A stretch of 64,000 nt of DNA, from positions 1-64,000 of the IMG/VR virus record IMGVR_UViG_3300021375_000018; one strand, given 5' to 3'. The position numbers were made by a program, and so were the translations under genes. This DNA is from a virus. A model generated the notes under the pieces. The model did no database searches. It saw nothing but the letters and a program-made list of their open reading frames with translations, and had not been told where the DNA came from. Shown in pieces: positions 9,886 through 21,700 of the stretch (the first letter of the stretch is position 1; each line of letters begins with the position of its first letter).

Positions 9886-12800
9886 ATGGCTGGACAAAAA
9901 CAAGGATCAGCAAGAGTAACGTTAAGAGAAATTGACTTGTCGCAAGTAGGAAGCACTGAAATTCTACCGCAAGGTGTTCCAGCTGCTATTGTTGGTACTT
10001 CAAAAAAAGGTCCTGCCTTTGTACCTAAAACTTTCGCAAATATGCAGCAATTTAGTGAAGTATTTGGTAGTATGACATCAAGAGGAAGACTAAACAATAC
10101 TAACTTAATGGGACCATTAGCTTTGAATGAATGGATGAGAAACTCACAAGCTGGAACATTTTTACGTGTTTTAGGTGTTGGTGATGGTGACGCTTCAGCA
10201 ACAAACTCAGGTTTTGTTGTTGGTAGTGAACAAGTTCAATCATCAAACGGAAAAGTTGCAAAAAATCCATTTGCAACAATTGATGAAGATAGAAAAACAA
10301 AAGCGTCTGAAAATGCAAGAACACATATTCTTGGCTGTTTCATGACAGATGTATTAGGGTCAACATTATTAAAAGATTCTGGACTACAAACTGCATCTGG
10401 ATCTGGAGCAACTTTAGCTGAAGTTATTACAGTTGTTGGGAATAGTGTAGGTGATTCTTTCACTATATTTTTACCTAAGGAAGTAATACCAAGCGGAACA
10501 TCAGATATTACGTTAACTATTAAAACTGTAGATGCAGTATCTGCAGGTAATGTAGAAAAAAACGTTATAGAAATAAAACATGATGCTACAGCAAATAATG
10601 TTGCATCACGAATTGCAAATGTTTTAATAAAAAATTCAACTTCACATAGTCAAGCTGAGTATAAATTTTCTGATTTATCTGGAATAAATCCTTCTCAAGT
10701 ATTTAGTACAGTATTAAGCAATAACAAAGTAAATATTTCATTAGTTTCAACTGCTGTTGAAGGTGATTTTGTTAAGTTTACACAAACTGCTGGTAATACA
10801 TCATTATTAGGTGCAGCTAGTAAAACACTAAAAGGCGCAAATCCATCTGCACCTGTTATTAGAGGCATCTTAATGGCACCTCAAGGTGTTAAACCTTCTT
10901 TAGAGGTAGTTAAGTTAGAAGACGCACACTATGTAATGACTGATGAACCTGGATTGATTCTAAAGAATGAAGTTAATGAAAGAGTATTTGGTGTTACAGT
11001 AAATACACATTTAGCAGGATATTCAATTGGTGAAGTTGATAGTGCAAATCAATCGTTTAAAGTTATTCTTAACGGATATGATCCTAGTAAAGAAAGTACA
11101 ATCCAATCATCTAATAAAAACGTTTATACATGTTCTTTTGATCCACAGGCTGACAATTATTTTGCTAAAGTTCTGAATACAGATCCATCAAAGATTGAAG
11201 AACTTGGTCATTATTTGTACGCACATTGGGATATTGAAAAGACTGTTGCAATTCCTAGTAATAGTGGTTTGCTAAGAACGAATGCAGCAATTGCAGGTAC
11301 AAGCTACTCTAACATGATTGGCTTTTTAGCAGCTCAACCATCAAGTGCAGCTACTAACTATGAAAACTTTAAAAGTAGATTTAAAACTGCTAAGACTCCT
11401 TGGATGGTATCACAATTCTATTCAAGTTCAAACAAAAGTACAAGACCTTCATTAAGTGCTGATAAAACATATGATTTATTTAAGCTTCATATATTAGATG
11501 ATGGTGAAGTTGGTAATGACTTATATAGACTATTAGTATCAGACTTAAGACATGAAAACAACGACTTTGGATCTTTTACGTTAACACTTGAAAGATTTAG
11601 TTCAGATTCAGTTACAGGAACTCCAGTTATTTCTTGGAAGCAGTTAAATCTTGATCCAAGTCATAGAAACTATATTGGAAGAGTAATAGGTGATAAATAT
11701 ACTTATTATGATTTTGATGCTTCTAGTAATAGACAACGTCTTAGAACAAAAGGCACATATGAAGTTAAAAACAAATATGTTAGAGTTGAGTTATCTGATA
11801 CTTTGAAGAGAGGTGATCAACCTATTGATGCATTACCTGCAGGATTTAAAGGTCATGGTTATTTGGATACAACAACTTTAGGCTTTACAGAACCAGCAGC
11901 AAGTGCTGAAGCACAATTAGTATACTCAGGTGCAAATAATGCTAAAATAGATAAACTAGCTACCGCTAAAGTTTTACCATTACAATATGTTGATTCTATT
12001 AGCAGAAAGATTGTAGGAACAACTTTAGAAGCTTCTAGCGAATTAGCTTGGGGTGTTAAGTTTGGAATTAAAAAGAATGTAGACTTAACTGATCCTAAAG
12101 AATTATCTGAAAATGAATTTAATAAATCAATTGCAAGTTGGGCAAAGTTCTTCCCAACAGCAATTTTCAAAGAAGGCGACAACGCTGATTCATTCCAAAA
12201 ATCTTTCTTTAGCTTGGAAAAGATTTTAATTCCTACTTCTGGAATAGATGCAACAGATACAGTATCTATAACTTCATGGGATAACGCTGTATATAAGAGA
12301 GATACTTCTTTTGATCCAAGTGTAGGAAATGAAAGATTTGTAACAATATCTTCAGATGCTAAGGGTGGAAATGTTAAGTATCTTAAGTTCCGTTGTATGT
12401 TCCAAGGAGGTTTTGATGGTGTCAATATATTTGATAAAGAGAAATCAGAATTATCAGGTATTGCATCATCTAGAGAGGGTAGAGATGAAACTGGAGCAAG
12501 TAAGATAACAGGACCTACAGTGATGTCTTATAGAAAGGCTGTGGATGTATTAACTGATAAATCTGCTGCAGAGTTTCAATTAATAGCAATTCCTGGGCAA
12601 AGAACATCATCAGTAACTGATTACGCAATTACATCATGTGAAACAAGATTTGATGCTATGTTGATTTTGGATATTGATGAATATGATGAAAGTAATTCTG
12701 TTATTGAGAGTGCTGATGGTTTACCACATGTTTCTAACACTAGAAAGAAATTTGAAGATAGACTTTTAGATACATCTTTTGCTGCAGCTTATTTTCCTAA

Positions 12801-13395
12801 CATATTGATTAGAAGAACATCAGATGGTGCACCTTTAGAAGTGCCACCTTCTGTTGCAATGATTGGTGTGATGAGTCGCAGTGATGCTCTTGAAGCACCT
12901 TGGTTTGCTCCTGCTGGTTTATCTAGAGGTACTTTGATTAATTCTATTGATTCAAAGGTGCAAATGAACAGAGACCTTCTAGATGATCTTTATGATGCTG
13001 ATATAAATCCAATTTATGTTCCAGCGGGAAGACCTGGTGAAGTTTATGCATTTGGACAAAAAACGTTGTTGCAAAGTCAATCAGCGTTGGATAGAATTAA
13101 TGTGAGAAGACTTTTGATTGATTTACGTAGAAAAGTTCGTAAAGTTGGTGAAAAACTACTATTTGAACCTAATCGTGCATCAACATTGGAAAGATTCTCT
13201 TCATTAGTAGAACCTATTATGCAAGACGTTCAAAGAAGAAGAGGTGTTGTTAGATATAAAGTTCAGATTGATACATCAACAACAACTCAAAATGATATCG
13301 AAAATAATACCATTCGTGGTAAGATTTTCCTTCAACCTACAAAATCTGTTGAATTTATTTCACTAGACTTTGTTGTAGCAAACACAATTGATTAA
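9886..13395 (+). CDS. Contractile tail sheath protein 2
   Basis: KGPAFVP, PWFAPAG, INPI, FGQKT, RINVRRL, PTKSVEFI motifs. Confidence 0.92.
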   Translation: MAGQKQGSARVTLREIDLSQVGSTEILPQGVPAAIVGTSKKGPAFVPKTFANMQQFSEVFGSMTSRGRLNNTNLMGPLALNEWMRNSQAGTFLRVLGVGDGDASATNSGFVVGSEQVQSSNGKVAKNPFATIDEDRKTKASENARTHILGCFMTDVLGSTLLKDSGLQTASGSGATLAEVITVVGNSVGDSFTIFLPKEVIPSGTSDITLTIKTVDAVSAGNVEKNVIEIKHDATANNVASRIANVLIKNSTSHSQAEYKFSDLSGINPSQVFSTVLSNNKVNISLVSTAVEGDFVKFTQTAGNTSLLGAASKTLKGANPSAPVIRGILMAPQGVKPSLEVVKLEDAHYVMTDEPGLILKNEVNERVFGVTVNTHLAGYSIGEVDSANQSFKVILNGYDPSKESTIQSSNKNVYTCSFDPQADNYFAKVLNTDPSKIEELGHYLYAHWDIEKTVAIPSNSGLLRTNAAIAGTSYSNMIGFLAAQPSSAATNYENFKSRFKTAKTPWMVSQFYSSSNKSTRPSLSADKTYDLFKLHILDDGEVGNDLYRLLVSDLRHENNDFGSFTLTLERFSSDSVTGTPVISWKQLNLDPSHRNYIGRVIGDKYTYYDFDASSNRQRLRTKGTYEVKNKYVRVELSDTLKRGDQPIDALPAGFKGHGYLDTTTLGFTEPAASAEAQLVYSGANNAKIDKLATAKVLPLQYVDSISRKIVGTTLEASSELAWGVKFGIKKNVDLTDPKELSENEFNKSIASWAKFFPTAIFKEGDNADSFQKSFFSLEKILIPTSGIDATDTVSITSWDNAVYKRDTSFDPSVGNERFVTISSDAKGGNVKYLKFRCMFQGGFDGVNIFDKEKSELSGIASSREGRDETGASKITGPTVMSYRKAVDVLTDKSAAEFQLIAIPGQRTSSVTDYAITSCETRFDAMLILDIDEYDESNSVIESADGLPHVSNTRKKFEDRLLDTSFAAAYFPNILIRRTSDGAPLEVPPSVAMIGVMSRSDALEAPWFAPAGLSRGTLINSIDSKVQMNRDLLDDLYDADINPIYVPAGRPGEVYAFGQKTLLQSQSALDRINVRRLLIDLRRKVRKVGEKLLFEPNRASTLERFSSLVEPIMQDVQRRRGVVRYKVQIDTSTTTQNDIENNTIRGKIFLQPTKSVEFISLDFVVANTID

Positions 13396-13434
13396 TAATT
13401 AGATATATATTATAAAGATTTTAGGAGATTTTAA

Positions 13435-13926
13435 ATGGCTGAGACGTTATCTGTTACAGAAATGATACCAAACAAGTTCGAACCAAAGCGCAAAAATCGA
13501 TGGGTTTTCGCAATCGAAGGTATCGACGCTTTTCTTATGAAAACTGCTAGTAGACCATCATACAATACTAGCGAACAAGAATTAAACTTTATCAACTCAA
13601 AGAGATATGTTGCTGGTAAAACAACATTTGATACAATGAGTGTTACTTTACATGATCCAATTGCACCTTCAGGATCACAACAAGTCATGGAATGGATTCG
13701 TACACACTATGAATCAGTTTCAGGTCGTGCAGGATACGCTGATTTCTACAAAAGAGACTGTCAGCTAAAAATGTTAGACCCAGTTGGAACTGTTGTAGAA
13801 TTATGGGACATTAAAGGTGCATTTATAACTACAGCAAACTTTGGTGACTTATCATATGATGATGATAGTACAGTTCAAGAAATATCATTAACATTAAGAT
13901 ATGATAACTGTGTATTGCAATATTAA
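13435..13926 (+). CDS. Tail tube protein (T4 gp19-like)
   Basis: FEPKRKNRW, EWIR, YKRD..LKMLDPVG.VVE.W.IKGAF, LTLRYD motifs. Confidence 0.88.
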   Translation: MAETLSVTEMIPNKFEPKRKNRWVFAIEGIDAFLMKTASRPSYNTSEQELNFINSKRYVAGKTTFDTMSVTLHDPIAPSGSQQVMEWIRTHYESVSGRAGYADFYKRDCQLKMLDPVGTVVELWDIKGAFITTANFGDLSYDDDSTVQEISLTLRYDNCVLQY

Positions 13927-13941
13927 AATTTACATTTAAAT

Positions 13942-14006
13942 TCTTTTTGTTGTTTAACTATTTTAATTAATTAAATATATATTAATAATACTAAGCAACA
14001 AAAAGA
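13942..14006 (+). promoter_or_regulatory. Long inverted repeat overlapping the RBS of sheath paralog 3
   Basis: TCTTTTTGTTGTTTA(13942-56) pairs with TAAGCAACAAAAAGA(13992-14006), one G-U pair. Confidence 0.5.
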
Positions 14007-14012
14007 GTAATT

Positions 14013-17000
14013 ATGACAGATAATACCGTAAATATTGGCGGACCAGTACCACCTAGAAAAATATATCAAAACCCAGATGCTGAAGCAGAAACTTTAACAA
14101 TAATCGGAACAGCATACAAAGGGCCAGCATTCGTACCACAACAAGTAGTTCAACAAGGCAATAGCAACGACATTAAGAATACTTTTGTAGGCATTTTTGG
14201 TGATAGCGAAAAAAATAGATATAGAAGTCTTAAAGATGAATATGACTATCATATAGACTCTCAAGGATTTGTTGCTTCTGAAAATTGGTTTCAAAACGGA
14301 GGAGACCAAGTATCATATACAAGAGTATTAGGTATTGGAACAGGTATTAAAGATGATGATGGTCTTTATATAGATAGTGGGTTTAACGTATCAAATTTAA
14401 TATCTAGTGGTAGTATTAAAAGATCTGGAGATAACTTTTATTCAAACCCATATTCAGTAGCAGGAGGTCATAACGGATCGTTAAGTTTTTTAATTAAAAG
14501 ATTTAAAGACAAAAAAGTTGATGAAAATACAATAGATGGATTTAAAAACTATCTATCAGAGCTAGGAATATCTGCAAATACAAAAAAACTAATAACAGAT
14601 GTTATAATTTCGCCAAGTGGCGTTGTTCCCACGATACATGAAAGTTCAGCAACAAACTTACCTCAAGATGCATTTACAAAAGAAATAAATAGTTCAGAAG
14701 AATTTAATGCTATCTATAGAAATTTAAGATCTAAAGTATCATTGCTCAACTTTAGCGAAAGTACAGGATTGTATGGTAGTTATAAAGGTAAGACGCATCC
14801 AGATAGACTTTCTGACAGAATATATTTATACTTAAACGGTCTTGATAATAATAATATACATAATGTTGTAGAGATACCTGATGATTCAAATAGGTTTATT
14901 AAAAACAATAGATCATATAATGAAAATAAAACAAAAAATTATTTTAGCAATAGAATATTAGAAAAAGGTAATTTATTTTATTCAACATTTCAGAGTCTAA
15001 ACTCTTTATCAATATCTGCTAGTGCTAATGATAATGATCATAATATAAATTTAATAACTACAATAAAACATTCAGAGATATCTAGTAATACAAACTTGCC
15101 TGATTATAATGACTTTACAGATAGATTTAGGACAGCAAAAACACCTTGGATAACATCACAGCCTGTAAATAGAACAAGCCTTGATAGTAATAGAGAGAAA
15201 ATCCATGAAAACGTTTTAAAACTATTTAGAGTTCATTCAATTGACGATGGTGAGGTTGGAAATAGATTTAGGATTAAAATTCATCCAAAACAAATATTTA
15301 GTGAAAACGAAAGCAGATATTCAATATTTTCTCTATATGTATATGAATATTCAGCAACAAATAATACATATACTATTTTAGAGACTTATTCGAACTTAGA
15401 CTTAAATCCAGACAGTGAAGACTTTATTGGGAGAAGAATTGGAACTCAATATCAGTACTACGACATTGAAAGAAAAAGAATTTATACAAAAGGTTTTTAT
15501 CCTCTTATTAGTGATAATATAAGAATAGAATTACATGAGAAAGTAAATAACAAAACAATAAATACAAATTGTATACCTTCAGGATTTGAAGCTTATCCAC
15601 ATATTAGTTTTAATAAATTATCTTTTGAACATTATGATTCAATTGAATCAAACTTTTATAGTAGCTTAGGTAACATTGATCAAATGCCTGTTATTTATAC
15701 TCCTAGTTATATTAATGACGATACTGATAAAGATTTTAAAAGTTACTGGGGACCATTATTTTTCAATGTTGTAGAAAGAAAAAAAGAAGTTATATCTAAA
15801 AATTTTAATAAAAATGGAACATCAACATTTGATGAATTTAGTCTTATAAAAAACAATTATGTTAAAGACGAAAGAAATAATATGTTTTCTCCTCACTTTT
15901 TTTATACCAAATACTTTCAATCAAACAATAATAATAGTAATAAAAACGTGTTGATAGAAGAAACTAATTGGAATAACTCCTTTTTTCATTTAGAAAAAAT
16001 AATATATCCTGTAATTAAAGATACAAATACTAATTTAATTAAAAATGATTTTACTGAGGCTTTATATAAACGATCAGGTACAGCTATAACAAGTAGCTAT
16101 TTACCTAATGATCTTCATGATTACTATTCTTTTTTAAATATAGATGATGTTTTGAATGAAGAAAAAAACGATAATTACAAAGTAGATTCTAGATTTCTTA
16201 CTTTTGACTTATTTACTTATGGTGGCTATGATGGAACTAATATTCTCGATTATGATAAAAAGTCTTTAAATAATAATGCAATTGTTAGAGAAAGTTTTAG
16301 GGAAAACAAATCAATAACAAAGACTTCTTATGAAAAGTGTATAGAGTTAAGTACAAAGTATGAAAATTGTTTAGGCGATATACTCATATTACCCGGCATT
16401 AAAGAAGAAAGTTTAGTTAAAAAGTGTTTAAAAGACATACAAGAAGAAAATAGACTGATTTTTTGCTCAGACATTTCAGGTTTGACTACAACAAATGAAA
16501 TATTAGGAAGTTACTATAAAACTGTAAATGAAGTTGGTATAAATAGAAATTCATCACTTATAAAAGATATAGAAGAAGATTCAGAAGGCATTAGAACAAA
16601 TCCCTATAGAGAGTTAGTAAAAACAAATTTTTCAAATTTTAGCTTGTTTGACAGAACTAATTTTGACAGTAAATCTTTCGTTCCTTTGTTAGGTGATGTA
16701 ATAGATGAGAGTAGAAAAATAGTTCTATGCCCTACGATATATACAACAGGATTAATGGCAAAAACAATATCTGAAAATATAAATGATATTGATTTGCAAT
16801 ACAATATTGGATCTGAGTTATTAGATGATGAAAATTTTAAATCTTCAAATGAAAAATTTATAATAAATGAAAAAAGGTTCAAAGACAATGGATTAAACAT
16901 TATCTTTGAAGATAATTCTACTTTAGAAGGTACACCTATAAAGTTAATGACGTATAACACTACATTTGGTATAAGAAGTTCTGTATATAGACAAGCTTCA

Positions 17001-17378
17001 ACAGCTAGAATTTTAAATTACATTAAGAAAAAAATTGAGTTTTTATTAATATTAGGTCCAAACAGTGTGCTATTTAATTCAGCATCACAGATTTCTAATA
17101 TATATCAAAACGTTAAATATTCTCTTGATAGTCTTATGACTTCTATTAAAGATGAAGGCATTATATCAAACTATAGTGTATCAATACCTCAAGATGACTA
17201 TGCAAGTAATAATTCAGATATAGTAGAGAACTTATTAAGTGGTAAGATATATATTCAATTAAGTGATACAAACAACAAGGATGCAGACTTTACAACAATA
17301 ACATTAGGTGAGTTAGATAAAGAAATAAAGTCGTTTACAAACTTGTTAGATTCTATTAAAATATTAAGCGTAAACTAG
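14013..17378 (+). CDS. Divergent tail sheath-like protein 3
   Basis: Shares KGPAFVP, RVLG.G, TAKTPW, DDGEVGN, GG.DG blocks with sheaths 1/2; lacks PWFAPAG and FGQKT. Confidence 0.75.
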   Translation: MTDNTVNIGGPVPPRKIYQNPDAEAETLTIIGTAYKGPAFVPQQVVQQGNSNDIKNTFVGIFGDSEKNRYRSLKDEYDYHIDSQGFVASENWFQNGGDQVSYTRVLGIGTGIKDDDGLYIDSGFNVSNLISSGSIKRSGDNFYSNPYSVAGGHNGSLSFLIKRFKDKKVDENTIDGFKNYLSELGISANTKKLITDVIISPSGVVPTIHESSATNLPQDAFTKEINSSEEFNAIYRNLRSKVSLLNFSESTGLYGSYKGKTHPDRLSDRIYLYLNGLDNNNIHNVVEIPDDSNRFIKNNRSYNENKTKNYFSNRILEKGNLFYSTFQSLNSLSISASANDNDHNINLITTIKHSEISSNTNLPDYNDFTDRFRTAKTPWITSQPVNRTSLDSNREKIHENVLKLFRVHSIDDGEVGNRFRIKIHPKQIFSENESRYSIFSLYVYEYSATNNTYTILETYSNLDLNPDSEDFIGRRIGTQYQYYDIERKRIYTKGFYPLISDNIRIELHEKVNNKTINTNCIPSGFEAYPHISFNKLSFEHYDSIESNFYSSLGNIDQMPVIYTPSYINDDTDKDFKSYWGPLFFNVVERKKEVISKNFNKNGTSTFDEFSLIKNNYVKDERNNMFSPHFFYTKYFQSNNNNSNKNVLIEETNWNNSFFHLEKIIYPVIKDTNTNLIKNDFTEALYKRSGTAITSSYLPNDLHDYYSFLNIDDVLNEEKNDNYKVDSRFLTFDLFTYGGYDGTNILDYDKKSLNNNAIVRESFRENKSITKTSYEKCIELSTKYENCLGDILILPGIKEESLVKKCLKDIQEENRLIFCSDISGLTTTNEILGSYYKTVNEVGINRNSSLIKDIEEDSEGIRTNPYRELVKTNFSNFSLFDRTNFDSKSFVPLLGDVIDESRKIVLCPTIYTTGLMAKTISENINDIDLQYNIGSELLDDENFKSSNEKFIINEKRFKDNGLNIIFEDNSTLEGTPIKLMTYNTTFGIRSSVYRQASTARILNYIKKKIEFLLILGPNSVLFNSASQISNIYQNVKYSLDSLMTSIKDEGIISNYSVSIPQDDYASNNSDIVENLLSGKIYIQLSDTNNKDADFTTITLGELDKEIKSFTNLLDSIKILSVN

Positions 17379-17399
17379 TTTAAGGAGAAATAATAATTT

Positions 17400-18245
17400 A
17401 TGAGTAATTCGCTAGACAACCCAATTGACCACAGTACTTTGGAAAGTGGTCCAATTAAAACAAGTAATGTAATGAAAGATGAATTTGGTTTTGAAATACC
17501 TATTGAAAGTGTTCCACTACCATCTAGAGGAATAATTTATAGTCCTGAAAGTGGTTTATATGATAATGATACTTTAGATATCTCACCTATGACTGCAAAA
17601 GAAGAAGATATTTTAACATCAAGAGCATATATTAAAAATGGAACAGTATTAACACAGCTTATTAGATCTTGTCTAGTTAATAAGTCTATCAATCCAGATG
17701 ATTTAATTAGTGGTGATAGAAATGCTTTATTAGTTTCTCTTAGAATAACTGGTTATGGCGCAGATTATGATGTAGAACTTGACTGTCCAGCATGTGGTGC
17801 TTTATGCAAACCAACTTTTGATTTATCAAGTCTAGAGATAAAAAGATTGTCTGTTGACCCTATTGAACCAGGAAATAATCTATTTCAGATTCAGCTACCT
17901 GTTACAAAAAAGAATGTAAAAGTAAAGTTCTTAAATGGTCATGATGAAAGAGAAATGATGATAATTGCTGAACGTAAAAAGAAGTCTGGTATTTCTAGAG
18001 ACAGTACCATTACAGATAGATTAGTTAGGTCTATTACGGAAATAGAAGGAATAACTGACAAAAACAAAATTAGATTGTTTGTAAATAAAATGCCTGCTAG
18101 AGATTCTCTTTCTTTAAGAAGATTTCTTGATAAGCACGAACCAGGCGTTAAAATGAAGTCTTGGATGACATGCAACACTTGTCATGAAGAAAGTGAGGTT
18201 TCAATCCCTATGGGTGCCTCATTTTTTTGGCCTGACACCGAATAA
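17400..18245 (+). CDS. Baseplate hub / tail assembly chaperone (T4 gp26-like)
   Basis: LPSRG..Y, MTAKEEDIL, GDRNALL..LR, two CxxC, terminal FFWP. Confidence 0.75.
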   Translation: MSNSLDNPIDHSTLESGPIKTSNVMKDEFGFEIPIESVPLPSRGIIYSPESGLYDNDTLDISPMTAKEEDILTSRAYIKNGTVLTQLIRSCLVNKSINPDDLISGDRNALLVSLRITGYGADYDVELDCPACGALCKPTFDLSSLEIKRLSVDPIEPGNNLFQIQLPVTKKNVKVKFLNGHDEREMMIIAERKKKSGISRDSTITDRLVRSITEIEGITDKNKIRLFVNKMPARDSLSLRRFLDKHEPGVKMKSWMTCNTCHEESEVSIPMGASFFWPDTE

Positions 18246-18459
18246 TTTTGACGTTGTTTTAGAACAAATATATATATTAGTTTATCATATAGGCTTTTCT
18301 TATAAAGATGCTTATAATTTACCTGTGTGGAAAAGAGAGTGGTTTTTAAATAAATTCTTACATGACATGAAAGTTTCAAGTGAAGCTAATAATAATGGAA
18401 GTCATGCACCTTCACGAAAAAGTTCTAGAGGTAATAAAATATTCTCAAAGGCTTTTTAG
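18184..18459 (+). CDS. Small chaperone ORF, probably the frameshifted extension of the upstream gene
   Basis: Overlaps the upstream gene in the +1 frame across a T7 run (18222-28); Y.LPVWKREWF motif. Confidence 0.55.
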   Translation: MKKVRFQSLWVPHFFGLTPNNFDVVLEQIYILVYHIGFSYKDAYNLPVWKREWFLNKFLHDMKVSSEANNNGSHAPSRKSSRGNKIFSKAF

Positions 18460-18501
18460 TTAATATATAATTATATTTATAGATTAATATCGGAGAAAAA
18501 A

Positions 18502-18759
18502 ATGAATGCTTCAAATAAACAAAGAGAACTTAAACTTCATATAATGGCAGCAAATCATATTATAGGTAAAAAAAGTGTAGTTCAAGAATCTAGTGACATA
18601 AAAAGTAAAACATACATTAAACTAGTTAACAAATGTAAAGAATTAAAAGAAGCTTTAGATAATAATACAGATATAGAGAGCATTGGTAAGTTATTAGATG
18701 AAAAAAGATGTTTATCAATTGACTTTGAAAATCTTACTGGAATAAAGTGGAGACTATAA
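18502..18759 (+). CDS. Hypothetical protein
   Basis: ORF with GGAG RBS, immediately before the tape measure gene. Confidence 0.6.
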   Translation: MNASNKQRELKLHIMAANHIIGKKSVVQESSDIKSKTYIKLVNKCKELKEALDNNTDIESIGKLLDEKRCLSIDFENLTGIKWRL

Positions 18760-18762
18760 TAA

Positions 18763-21700
18763 ATGTCTGTTGATAAAACTGTTAATGTTGAACAGGTAAA
18801 TAGTCAAACTGATTCAATCAATAGTCTTACAAAATCAATTGACAAACTTTTTGGATCAGTAAATAAATTATCTAAGTCTTACGAAAGTCAATCTTCGATT
18901 TTAAATAATTATAGCAGTTCATTTCAGCAAAGCGCAAATGCAATGTCAAACTTTAATGATATGTCTGATTTAAGCATAAACAGCATTTCAAGTTTAGATG
19001 ATGCAACAAAGGATTTAAGTGATACAATTGGTAGTCAATTAACATCTAGTTTAGAAGATGCTTCAAAAAAATTAAAAAGCACGCGCGAAAGTTTTCAAAA
19101 ATTTGAAGAAAATATGAAGAAGTCAAGTGATGTTCTTAGCATTTTCACTCAGCCACTAAGTAAGATTACTGCTTTAATTCCTGGGCTTAACAAAGCTTTT
19201 AAGTCTATTGGTGGGTTTACAAAGTCAAGCTACTCTTTATATAAGTCAGTTAGTTTAACAACAGATACATTTGGAAAATTTGCTTTAGTGTCTAAGGGTA
19301 TCGGTGCAGTTCTAGGTGGTGTTGTAGGTGCAGGTTTAGGTGTTGTAAGTTTTGCATTTAATGCTGTTACAAAAGCAGCTGGGTTTGCGCTTAGTGCTGT
19401 TAGCGGATTTGCTTCTTTTGCAATGAATGTATTTAAAGGAATAAAAGATGTTGCTTTTGGTTTTGTAAAAACTATAATGACAATTCCCTTGCAAATAGCA
19501 AAGGTATCAGCAGAAGTTGGTAATAAATTAAGAAAAATAATTGTAGAACAAATTGGGAACGCAAGTGAAGATTCAAAAAAGCTATTTGACCATTCTTCAG
19601 AGTTAGGTAAAACTATTGCTAGTGTAAGTTTGCAAACAATAGGCTTGATAGGCGCATTTACTCAAACAAATAGCGAAGCAACTAGACTATTTGGTACTTT
19701 TGAAAACTATCAGAAAAAACAATATGAAGCTGTTGATAGTTTAGGTCAGTTCGCAGATCTGTATGGCGCACAGTTAGCTAGAGGAACAAAGGAAGCTTAT
19801 TATTTTGAGCAAGCTCAGCAGGCTTTAAGTTTAACTGCTACAGATAACTTATATCTTGTAACAGAAGCTGCTAAAAATGGTGAGGCTGTATACTCTACTA
19901 TAGAAAGAAGAAGATTTGCTCTTGAAAGTGTAAGTAAAGAGTTTGATTTAGACAGGAAAAGACTTTCTACTAACTTTAATAAATTAAGAGTAGACATTAC
20001 AAACTTTGGACATTTGTCAGATAACGAGCTTTATAAAGTAACAGCAAGAGCAACTGAGTTAGGCCTTGAAGTTAAAGGATTAACAAGTATATTTAGTAAG
20101 TTTGATACATTTGAAGGTGCAGCAACCTCAGCAGCACAATTATCTCAAATGTTTGGTATGAATGTTGATGCTTTAGACTTGATTAGAGCCAAAGATCCTA
20201 TGGAAATTGTTGATATGTTTAGAGAAGCAATGTTTCAAACTGGAAGAAGCTTTGATGACATGAATCGACATGAAAAGTCTTTACTTGCATCTCAAACAGG
20301 AATGTCTGCAGAACAGCTTAAAATTGCTATGAACTTTAGAACTATGGGTAAGTCAGCTGAAGAAACTAGAGCAGCAATGGCTGCAGCTACTCCTGAAGGT
20401 AAACAAATAAAAGCAATTAAAGAAATGTCAGGGGTTATAAAATCTTTTAAGAAAACTTTAGAGTTTAACAACTTATTTGATTCGATAAAGCATGGCTTTG
20501 ACAATATGATTATAAGAAATGCAAAACTCAGAAAAGCTTTCATGGGAATGAGTTTAGGTTATGAAGGAATAGCAAACTTCATAACAGGATTATCAAAAAA
20601 CAAAGATGTAACAGGCGCATTAGAGGCTTTAGCAGGTGTTGTAAGACAAATTACAACAATTCTTACAGGTCCTGATATGAAAAAAGCAATAACTACAGGT
20701 ATAAAGTTTATATCTAATGCAATACAGTATATAATGTTTGAATATAATCGACTTGCAAACAATACTGATATTAATGAATTTGGAACAAAGCTAGAAGGCA
20801 ATATTAGAAGTCTATTTGGACCAAAGAGTGTTTTATATAAAATTGCTGATTCACTTTGGAAAGTAGGCAAAAAAATTGCTAAGGGAATTATTTTTGGATT
20901 TTTACTTGTATTTCCAGATATTGCATCAAGTCTTTTTGATACTTTTAGAAATGCAATTACATCAATATCAAGAATGTTAAAAGGTGACGAAAGTACTAAA
21001 GGATTTAAAAAATGGGTAATGAGTTTATTTGGAAGTTCAGAAAAAGAAGCAAATAAAATAGCAGGAGAATGGTCGAATTTATTTACTAAAATAAAAGATG
21101 AGTGGAACAAAGATGGAGGAATATTTGATCTCGATACAGGTCCGTTTGCTACTATGTTTGATTACTTAACTAATAAGTTAAAGAGTGTAGGACTTCCTAT
21201 AGGTGCAGCAATAGGTGATGCTATTACAAAATCAATAGCGTCAAATTTTCCAAAACTTGCAAGTTTTTTTGGTATGAGTGATGATGATATTGAAAAGTAT
21301 AATAGAAAACAAGGGAAAACACTTCTAACTGACGCTAGAAGTAAAGTAGGTAAAAAAGGTGGCGTAAAAGGATTAGAAGAAGCAACTGGTAAATTAGAAA
21401 AGAAAGTTTTTCATCATGACGTTTTTGACGATGATTGGACATCATCTGCAACAAAAAGTATGGTAAAGGGTGCCTTGGATAATTCAGCCTTACAACAATC
21501 AAATCAACTACTTTTAGCAGCAAAAGAAGCTGAGATGGCTGCAAAATATAAAGATGTAAATAGTGCTGATATAGTAAGTAAATTGAAAAAAGAGCAGACT
21601 GAGGAATGGTTTGGCAATATTGAAGAAGATAATATTAGTGGATATATTGAAAAAGCTGCAGCAAATCAAGGTGAAATGACAACAGATCAATTGCATAGAT

